This document shows positions 52,781 to 64,000 of a stretch of 64,000 bases of DNA, one piece after another. This DNA is from Adineta vaga (Eukaryota; Animalia; Rotifera). The notes under the pieces were generated by a model. The model was not told the origin of the DNA, made no database searches, and saw only the letters and a program-made list of their open reading frames with translations. The stretch lies in assembly GCA_021613535.1 (NCBI GenBank), contig CP075497.1, positions 3,348,001 through 3,412,000 of the forward strand. The letters run 5' to 3'. Every line of letters starts with the position of its first letter. Within the stretch, counting starts at the first letter, position 1. Made by a program: the position numbers and the translations under genes.

Positions 52781-53826
52781 ATGGGTAATAAAAATTCGCG
52801 AGTAACACCTGCAAAATCTGTTCAAATCTTCGATACTCAAACACGTACAAGATATAAAAATCAACGTGAATCCAATAATCTTCGACAAAAATTGAAAAAA
52901 CTAGGTATTCAACACCATGAAGAACTTTCGCGGTTAGCCTATGATCAACATGATGCGAAGGTGAAATTACATGAATTAAATTATGATAAAACTCAACGAG
53001 AACTTTATCGAAATATCGATAAAGGTATGTCATTTGCTAAAGGCACTTTTTTTCTAATCTTGAAATAAGAGGATAGCTGAATGATTCGTAGTTGACATTT
53101 TACTAACATTGAGTACGCTTTAGGAAATCACGTATTACGTATGTATCAATTCAATAATTTTCATTTAACAAAATGCACGAAATTCAAAGATTTCTTAACA
53201 AGATATTTTGAGTGATTGAGAATAGAAATCAAAGTCTTCTATTATTCTTACGATCGTTGTTCTTTAATAGAAATATTTCTGAATACCAATAAATTCCAGG
53301 TGAAATAAGAAGCCTCATCGAATGGCTCAAAATAGAATTATATATTTTATTTATAGGATTACTTGAGAATTAGATATATGTTTGATCAGTATTAAACCTT
53401 TTCTTATTTATTAAGACTCATCTCATTAAATAAAGAAAGTTTTTTTTAGAACGTCCAAAAAGTAGATCATCAGTTTCCAATCATTCTCATTTTAATGATA
53501 ATCCACCGAACAGAACTTCCAGTCTTCTTGTTCATAATCTCAATGAATCAAGACGTCTTAAAAGCAGCAATATATCTCCGAAAAATCCGAGTCAACAAGT
53601 TAAGCAAAATCGGCCATTGACTGCTTTTGAAAATTTTGAACTTCAATATTCATCAAAAGCTGATATAGATCATCAACAAATCAATCAAAACGAAAAGACT
53701 CCAGTAACTCAAAGGCAATCTTTACAACAAGAAACTGAACTTATGAAGAAATCTATCAAAATAGCTGTTGCGAAAGCGCGACGAGATTCGAATATGTTTG
53801 CTCGTCGTGATACACTTATATGTTAA
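52781..53826 (+). CDS. Uncharacterised protein with N-myristoylation-like start (MGNKNS) and coiled-coil segment
   Basis: Exon 52781-53024 (phase-1 donor gtatgt) joins exon 53450-53826 in frame. Possible 15-nt microexon at 53124-53138. Confidence 0.65.
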
Positions 53827-54352
53827 AAGAGACAGTTTTTCTTCTTCAAGACATGATAATTCATTGAAATATTTTTCTGTTTATTATTATTATCATTATT
53901 ATTCAACAACAAAAAAAAAGCTCTATCGTTCTCTCTAATCAGATATGTATGTGTGTGTTTTATTATGATTTTTGTTTTGTTTGCTTTTTAAAAAAACGAG
54001 AACAAAAAAGAAAAAGAAGATCAAGAGATCAACGTAATATACAAAAACGCACATTCATTCAATGTTTGACCGAGAAGCAACAGTACAGAGTATTTCAAAA
54101 GAAAAACGAAAGAAAACACGAGAAGTAATGATAAGTAATGATGAAATATACAATAAGAGAATAAGGATTAAAAAAAAGGCAGGTATAAGTAATAGAGTAG
54201 AATAAGAGCAAAAAAAGGTAAATCAATATTATGTTTTGTTCTTAGAAACACACGCACACGACTAGGTAACAAGATGTTATTCGATATAGATTTTTAGTTG
54301 TATGTATGTTTTCGACTAGTAAGTTCACACACGTAATGATGAGTTGTTTATC

Positions 54353-55144
<792 letters not shown>

Positions 55145-56140
55145 ATAAAAAAAAGATTTCAATTATATCTAAAAAAAACTATATCAAAATAAATAGATCA
55201 AAACAAGTTTGTGTCTAAATGCGTATATATGGATATATGATGCTGGCAGAAGAAAACAAAAACAACACAACAGAGCATATTATGAGAACTGTACAGATAC
55301 CATTATGATAGCCTTTTAATCTTTTTTATGATCTTCCAATATGATTCATCGATTCAAAGAATTTTTATATCGATTTCCGTAACTTTCAATAAATGAAAAA
55401 TAATTTTATAAAAACTGATTTATCTTTTTTTTTCTCGACTAAAATTTTTTTCTTTATTAGAAAAGAATAGATGGCGTTAGTTACTTATGAAAGTTTACAG
55501 AATGTTGTTTTGTTTCTATCCTGCTATTATGATCTCATGAATATTAATGATCGCTTGAGTATCCTGATTAGGACAATCTGCATTTAATTGATGTATAAAT
55601 ATCTCGAACAATATAATATGTCACGAATAAGAATGTTCATTATTTGCTTTGAAATGTTTCAGCATGTTGATAATTATGGAAGAAACTCAAGCATATGATA
55701 TAAATTATGACGTCTTTGGCGAGAAGAACACAGTTAGTCGTCTATAAACTCCTCGTTGTCATTTATAATAATAATCATATCACATCCAATAAGTTGAACT
55801 ATGCACTTTATGTCGATGTGAATAACAAGATAACGGTGTTAAATATGTCAATAAGTGCGTCATAGTCGGATTTCTAATCAAATGTCAGTGAGAGAAGTAC
55901 TAATTCTAGCGATTGATTACAAAGGAAACAACAGATCAACAGTGACATATATGTACACAGATTAGTGAATCAAAAAAAGGAAGAAAAAAAGCAGAATCCA
56001 GGAAATTAGCTTCAAACTATTCAATTAGTCCAATCTATCATCGTCATTGTGTTCGATGCTCCCGAAAGAAAAATCCATCACATCAGCACCTTTCTTTCTC
56101 TATTGATAAAAATGCCTCAAGCATATATACATATCCATGC

Positions 56141-56165
56141 GCACACACACACACACACACACACA
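56141..56165. repeat. (CA)n microsatellite
   Basis: About 12 CA units. Confidence 0.9.
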
Positions 56166-57018
56166 TCGTTTTGGTGTTCTATCATCATCTTAATATAGAG
56201 AAAGAGAGAAAGACCCGATGAGAGATAGGTTTTTTTTTCTATTCGAGATAGGAATGGAATAGTATAGAAAAAAAAAGAAAATACAAGAGGAAGTTCTTTT
56301 CTATCTATACATATGTGCTCTCTCTTCTAGAACACATTGCCGTGCATGTCTGATCTTCTTCTTCTTTTTTTTTTGTTGCACATCTATATTAGAAATACTA
56401 TTATTGAAAGAAAAGAAAGAAAAGAGATAGGAACGAATATAAAGAAACCTATTGCAGATAGTAGTAGCTTGTATATCAAGGTTAGGACAAAATCTTCCCT
56501 GTAGTGTTAACGAGATTGATTGACGCATAACATGTTAAGAGTGAAATTGACGTGTGTGCCAATCGAGCTACTTGTCATGTTCATCTTTCATCGCATATGC
56601 TGTGAGATTGATACAGACACTTTAGAAGATTGATACAGGTAGGTGAAAATAGATCGACCATCATCTAACAGAAAGGCATGTTATTGTGGTATGTAATTTA
56701 ATTCGTATTACTTCGATTTTCTTTTACATATGGGTATGTACACTCAATTGCGTTCTTCCCTCCTAATAATCAAATAACTTGTTCGTCTTTTCATTGAATA
56801 TAATTTCAAGTGAAGTGTCATGTGTCTTCAAATAAAACATACTGTTTCTTCTCTCTTTTTTTTCTTTATTTATTGAAAACGACATGAAATCTGTTGAGTT
56901 TCTCTTGAGAATATTCATCATCACTGAATAATAAATGATCTGTCTGTCTGTCTGTCTACAAAACAGTTGTCTATGATATATGTATATCATCTTTTCTTCT
57001 AGATAACAAGTATCGATA

Positions 57019-58625
57019 ATGTTAATTCTATTTTTCTCAATTTTACATTTAACAATCAGTCAAGAAATCATTTCTCCATATGTTTTTTCGGATTGTAAAC
57101 ATTTAATCTTACCTGCACGATGTCAATGTTATCATTCAGGTCATGAATCTCAATTACGTTGTCTAAAGAGTGAACTACATTCATTACCAAAATTACCGAA
57201 TAATATGCGTTGGAATGCATTAGATTTTTCATTAAATTATATATCATCAGTTGATAATTATGTCTTTGCGGATATTTATGTTGAAAAAATCAGTTTAAAA
57301 TCGAATTATCTTCGTCGTATTGAATTAACAGCATTTGATCAAATAAAAAATTTAAAACAATTATATATTAATCATAATCAATTGAAAGAACTTGATCCTC
57401 AAACATTAATTTCACCTGGTTCTAGTCTCGGTATGTTCTATCTTTATAATTTTATTAATAAGAATGTCTTTATTTAGAAATTTTCGATGTTTCATATAAT
57501 CCATTTCAATATTTAAATATTGGTGATATTCTTTTAAATTTACCAATGTTAAAACAATTTCATCTTGTTTCCTGTCGTTTGAATAATACAAGTATTTATA
57601 CATTACTTAAATTATTACAAAGTACAACAAATGAACATAATCAAACAATATTACAAAATGGTCATTATTCATTAGAAATTTTAGATTTAAGTTCAAATAA
57701 TTTAACAACAATATGTTATGGTCTATTCGATGGTTTATACAATCTGATTGAACTTCGTCTAGAACATAATTTAATACGTTTAGTGGATAATAATTTTCTT
57801 CGATCGTTTATTCAAATAAAAATACTTAATTTAGCACATAATTCTCTTGAACATGTACCTCGATTATCAAGTCGAACATTGGAAATTTTAAATTTTTCAT
57901 CAAATCATATTCATTATATTGGTGATTATTTTGCTTCAAATCTTCATTCAATTCGAATCATTGATTTCGATTCTAATCATCAATTAAATAATACATCATC
58001 ACGTGCATTTTGTTTTTTAAATATCAATTCAATTGAAAAATTAACCTTTCGTTCAAATAATCTTCTTTCATTGAATACATTTGGTGAATTTCTTTGTCGT
58101 TTAAGTAATCAAACACAAAAAAATCATGTTATTGATATTAATCATAATGTTAATCTGAAATGTAGTTGTACATTAATACAATTTCAAAATTATTTCTATC
58201 ATTTCAATGATTTAACATGTACACAACAAGGACAAGATCGATATTATATATCCAAATTACCGGATTGGTATTCCAATTGTCCGATGGATTTTTGTTTAAA
58301 TCGACAACGAGAAATTCAAACAGATTATTGTAATCACATTGATGCAGAACGTGTCGTTTATGAAGGCACATGTGAAGCTAAATTACTTGCTAGTGAAGAA
58401 AGAAGAAAGATGAAAACGAAATTTACATCAACAATGGCAACATTGATTACAAATCAATGGTTAGATAATACAACAAACAGTACAAATCGAACATTAATAA
58501 ACAATTCAACAAACATTCAAATTCAACAACGAATAGGAAATTCTACTTCGTTGAATCGTAGATCAGTTTTAGTAGTATTTATTTCTTACATTTTATTCTT
58601 GTTATTAGAGAAAATAATCATATAG
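57019..58625 (+). CDS. Extracellular leucine-rich-repeat protein (signal peptide, LRRNT, LRRs, LRRCT, C-terminal hydrophobic anchor)
   Basis: Repeated LxxLxLxxNxL motifs (LEILDLSSNNL, LIELRLEHNLI), CQC...C N-cap, NLKCSC..C C-cap, Thr/Asn-rich stalk and terminal hydrophobic stretch. Intron 57432-57477. Confidence 0.9.
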
Positions 58626-61600
58626 ATTAGTTTATTTGTATGTAGTTTTCTTCTCATTTTGTTGTTGTATAAATAACATTCCATAGATTTTTTTTAAAGA
58701 AAAAATAAACATTAGAATGAATGTGAGCATATAACAAAGAATTTTATATATAAAAAAAATGTAAAATAGAACGATTTCTTTACAAATCCATTGGACCTTT
58801 CAAGGTTTTATGTAAATTATAAACTGAGAATAGACGAATTAGTCAAAAGATTTGATTAATATGAATATCTGTATGATGTAAAAGAATTACTTCATTTCTC
58901 AAAGCAAACGTCATTGAGAAATGATGTGTACAATGTAAAAGTAAATAAAAATTAGTCTATTGATGATCAATCATTTGTCAAAAATATTCGATGATAAATG
59001 GAATAGAAGAAAAATGACTTGAAATAATTTCATTTGTATAAAAATTTGATATCTGTAAAGATAACATCAGAAAGAACATTAGAAATAGGAAATGTTTATG
59101 CAGTCTTCTGGTTTCAAATTATGCGTCAAATAAACATACAATCTTCATCTAATAGAGAAGATGATTTATGAGAATATAAAAGCCGTAGAGTTAATAATTA
59201 TTATATCAGAAGATAACTTAGTTGTGTGATCTCAAAGTAGAAGTTATTAAAAGATAAATGTCAAATACGATTGAAGTTTATAGATAATCTATTGTCATGA
59301 AGGTCGGAATATGAAATTAGATTACGTATGAAACATTGCAATTGTAAGAATATAGTTTATCTATTATTTTGAAAGGAGTTCGAACAGATTTTAGATTTAT
59401 TTTATTAACTAATGAATTCTAAACAAACTGCATGATGTATTAGTAAAATAATTCCTATGTTTAATTATCTTTTTTCTAGGGATAATTAAGGAAAGACGAA
59501 AATGATATTGAAGATGAGTATTATTCATCGTATGTTTATTATCAATCGGAATATAATTAAAGTCATTAATAATGTAGAATTTTGATTAAGACAAGAAAGG
59601 AATTTCGAAAGTATTTGTGTTTTTGATAAATCATAAGAACAAGGTTAATGTTAGATTTATATGATATAGATATGTAAAATAGTTTATTGATAATAGTCAT
59701 AGAGAAAATATTTTTATGATTAAAATAAACATCAACTGTACATTTGTAATGCATCTTTAACAGAGTTTTGCAATATAGAGAGAAAAAAAAATATATCAAT
59801 TATTCTTTTGTTTTTAAGTACGATAAAATTTGTGATATTTTATTATCTATTATTCATCAAAGAATAGAATGGCTTGTGTTACAATAGAAATAACTAGAAA
59901 CTAAGATCTTCAATTTTAATATTCTCTTTCATGTGAAAAGTTTATCTAAAATGACTTTTAGTACATTGAAATCATTATTGTTCAATGCAATAAATCAATC
60001 GAAATTTAAATGATAAACTATTCTCAAATGGCATATAATCTCGTATAGTTTTAAGTAAGTATGACATGACTTATGTTGAATTCACCTTGACCTTACTATG
60101 TTCATTTAAATGATGTAACTTGATCACGTAAGAGATGTCTTAAAATCAACTGATAACATCGATCAATCAAAGAATCCGATGTAGAGATAAATATAAAATA
60201 TGATCGAGACGTTTGGTTTAGTTTAGTTAATATAAAGTCGATAACACATTCGTATTCAATACCTTTCTCTATCAAGGTTAATATCTTTTTAAATGTCATT
60301 CTTTAACATTTCGATATGTTTTTGTATACATAATTTTAATTGATTCTCAAGGCTAGGCATATTTCCTCTCGTGCGTAATTAATAACGACAAAAAATATCT
60401 TCTCATTGTGTATTGCTTTTTTTTTCATTATATCTTTTAAATTTGATTAAATCGAACATGATAGCTATGTCCTTTATGACCCTATCGGAAGGAAATAGTT
60501 TCTTTTTCATATAGAAATAATGATTATTTATTACTATCTCAAAACAATTCTGTCCTTGATTTGGTTTGTATTTAATGGTGATGATATTCATCAGTATGAA
60601 AAACACGTACTCAATTAAATTCAGATGTATTTTTACATTAAATGAATTCAAACCTGATAGCAATTCGAATTATTACTTATATAATCGATAGGAAAAGCAC
60701 ATGATATAGAATCTATATTTCTCTTCAGTGTTTTTCTTTGTTATCAATTTTTATTGTCAACCTGTCATTGATGTCATCAATGAATCATTTTCAAGAAAGA
60801 AAAAATGTTGAACTTTTTATTTTTATTCTAGTTCTTTCTAGAATACTTATTTATTGACATTTGTTATTCATCATATATACGGACAAAAATATAAGCTTTG
60901 TAGGTGGATAAAAATCATGTTTGGATCGATAATAAGCTTTGTATAGATTCATCTTTTTAAGAGAGAAAGAAAACCTGCTTCAATTATATAATAATTCAAA
61001 GCTTGAGATCGATTGATGAATAGTATTAGAAATGATAAAACAAGGACGATATAATTGATAACATTTCAATCATAGAAATCAAGGCAAAAAAACTTTCTTC
61101 TTCTTCTTCTTCTTCTTTTTTTTGACAGATCGAATTTGCAAAAGAAAAATGAGCAAACAATTAACTCAATTTCGAAAGGGAAAAAAACTATAAGCACAAT
61201 ACAAGGCCATTATGGCCTTGTAACTGTCTACTAGCTTGCTGTACAAGGTCGTATTGTGTTGTTGATGTCAATAGTTAGAAATGAGGATGATGTTGGCGGA
61301 ATAGAAGAGAGAAAGGAAGATTTGTAAATGATTACGAATATGTTAATGATTAAAAAATGCAGACATAGAAAGACATGATTATGTCAAGGCGATAATCAAT
61401 TCGTATACCTTGAAAAAAAACTTTTCCCGTTGATTATGCGTGATAAAATAGAAGAAAATCTTGTTCAATTTACCATGGAATGATTTAATCATTGAACCAA
61501 ATCAGATAAAAGTTCATTCTTTCTCTCAGAATTTGAATATCGCTTACATATTCTTTCCATTATTTATAATTGGAAATAGCTTAAAGTATAAGAAGATAAG

Positions 61601-62808
61601 AAGTCCACTAACATTCGTTATGTAACTATTGAATGATTTAGTAAAATATGATGATGATGTAATCGTGATTATTCATTTCCTATTAGAAATTGAGTTGACA
61701 TATTTTCTTGCTTTTTCTTCTTTTGACATATCGTTTACAACAATCATCGATTTATTTGATAGAAGATCCTTTTTTTTCTTTTTTCAAATATTTCATCTTA
61801 CTCAAATTCTTATCTCTTATTTTTTTTGTTGTTGCTAACATCACTGTGTACATAGATACATCGGATCTTTTTTATTTGCATATACTCTCTTTCCGTTGCG
61901 TTACCCTTATTTGCCCGACTGTTGGACGAAAGCCAATGGTAAATATACAGGTCAGTTTCTTTTTTTTTTGACCGCGCACACGTACAACAAGTTTTATTAG
62001 ATGACTGAAAAAGGACGACAGAACGCAACAAGATGAATGCTCGCTATATGCTTCATCCAGACGAAGAGCGAGCGAGCGAAACATTTTTTCTCTGACCGTT
62101 CATACCATATTCTTTACTCACATAAGCTCATGTTCTCACTATCTTCAATAGATTACAATAAAATACAGACGAGATTTAATTTTTTCTCAAAGAATTTCTT
62201 TTCTTTTTCTTTCTATAAACTCTATAGTATATATCACAAAATCTGCTAAAGAAAAACAAGCTCTAATAGAAGGGGTTAAAAGTAATTCTTTATTCACATG
62301 CAAAGTAATCGAAAGTAAATGAAAAAAAAACAGATAGATTAGCATGTATTTCAGATTCCAATGGAAATTAGATTGCAAAGAAAGCAAAATATTGAAAAAG
62401 AATGAATCAATGTTTTGCTCTATTTTCTCTTTGAAACGTTTTTTTATAAAAAGTGATTGTCAAACGATGATATAAAATAATAGAAATAATACTCGAACAA
62501 CAAAAAAAAGTACAAATACGTAAAGAATCGGAAAGAATCAGAAAGAAGAAGAAGAAGAAGAAAAACGAAGAGAAAAAGAGATGAGTTGTTCTCGTGTTAT
62601 GTATGTGTTCGTGGGGCCGACTAAGGGCAGCATTAGTTTCGTCGAATAATTAACATATTGGCAACATACTCACAGTAGTAGTCATTCATATAAACACGTT
62701 ATGAAAAAGAACAACAACAAGAGAGAAAGAACCGCAAATAGAAATTTACATAAAATATCATAAGAACTGTTCTTCTTTATTTTTGTACGGTTAATTTATA
62801 ATGAAATC

Positions 62809-63418
62809 ATGATAGAGAATATCGATGGTAATCATTTAGAAAACTATTTTGTTGTTGAAACTAAACGACATCGACCATGTTTAATATTCTATGGTTATCG
62901 TTATGTTCAAGATAAAGTACAAAATCGTACGATTTATTGGCGTTGTGAAGATCGAACAAATTGCAATGGTCGTGCACATCAACTAGTCGGAAATGATTCT
63001 CTACCAATTCTTACAATTAAACATAATCATCAACCATCAGTTGATAATCTAATCATGAATGAAAAGAAAGCTATCGAGAATTTACATGGTCAACGACAAC
63101 ATCTCGATTCTAAAACACATTTATGTCAAGCAAATAGTGAGGGTAAGCGTTTTATGGCATTCTTTTTTCAAATTTTTTCATCTTTTCACATGATCAGGTG
63201 GTAATGATGAAGAACGAGGGCTAGTAGATAGAGCGAGGGCAGTGGATAAGAGAGGATGGGACGGTAAAAGAGAAAGAGAAGCAACGGATGAGGAGGACAA
63301 AATGTCCGTCCGCTTTGCTCGCAGAAGCCGACGGGTCGTCGAAGAAGGAAAGAAGCAAGTGACATATTTTATGTTTTTGTATACGTTTGCATGTATGTTT
63401 CGCTCGAGTTTCGCTTAG
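62809..63418 (+). CDS. Small FLYWCH zinc-finger protein
   Basis: ETKRHRPCLIFYGYRY...IYWRCEDRTNCNGRAH...HNH is a FLYWCH finger. Phase-1 intron (G|gtaagc...atcag|GT) leads to a charged second exon with stop at 63416-63418. The 3' structure is less certain. Confidence 0.75.
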
Positions 63419-64000
63419 AAAAAATATTCTTGTATACATCAAGAAGAAGAAAAAACAATAGTAGTCTGTTTTTTTTTCAATTAAATTATCATTTATTTTC
63501 AAAGAAAAGATCACACTTAATATCGATTGAATCTGAGATAAATAAGGTAAGAAGATATTCAGTGTGTGTAATATTTCATGAGTTTTTGACGTCATGGTTT
63601 TTCTAATTTTTTTTCTTTGTACTTTTGAAAACAAAAATAAAACCAGAAAATCAACAAAATATTTTGAAAGAAATTATTCCTATGAAACCACAGTATGTTT
63701 ATTTGGTAAAAATTTGACAGTAACCATTAGAAACACACATTTAAACTTCTTGTTAAACAATCATTCATGGGAAAATATACACTCGTTCGAATCGCTATTG
63801 TTATTTTTTGTTTAGACTTTTTAACTCGGTTTTACAAATAAGGCATTTTTTTGTGACTAAATTCATTCAATTTCTAGTTTAGTTTCATCTTTATCATTCA
63901 GATTTTCTCTATATTCATTCAATCTTTCATTATTCATGAGAATGTCTAGTTTTTTTTCTCAGTTTTTTTATTACACGTTTATCTGAATACTATTAATGCC

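Noticed and set aside
61205-61217. GGCCATTATGGCC, identical to the SfiI site of SMART cDNA adaptors
   Set aside because: The rest of the adaptor is absent and the palindrome extends into genomic flanks, so contamination is unlikely.

Overview
Eukaryotic, very AT-rich, gene-dense genomic DNA with mostly 45-70 nt GT-AG introns. Gene content is metazoan, and composition plus intron size suggest a bdelloid rotifer (inference, not proven). About 18 protein-coding loci can be assembled by hand from the fragmented ORF track. In order: the 5' part of MCM8; an orphan gene head-to-head with it; a tail-to-tail pair of POGZ/ZNF280-type C2H2 zinc-finger paralogues, one carrying two N-terminal THAP domains; transposon relics; a decaying cluster of multipass membrane-protein genes; an NK3/bagpipe homeobox gene; a type-I membrane protein with a PPPY tail; an intronless DUF1294-like gene (horizontal-transfer candidate) head-to-head with kinesin KIF9; a 14.6 kb PDZ-RH-C1-DH-PH RhoGEF with a nested antisense gene and candidate alternative first exons; cyclin A; a class A peptide GPCR; a Ly6/uPAR three-finger gene that the ORF track misses; an orphan myristoylation-type gene; RhoA; a secreted/GPI-type LRR protein; and a stand-alone FLYWCH gene. 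The best candidate for an undescribed system is the THAP-THAP-AT-hook-POGZ/ZNF280 gene and its THAP-less inverted paralogue. No rRNA, tRNA or CRISPR array was recognised. Exon boundaries were inferred by eye and need RNA-seq confirmation.
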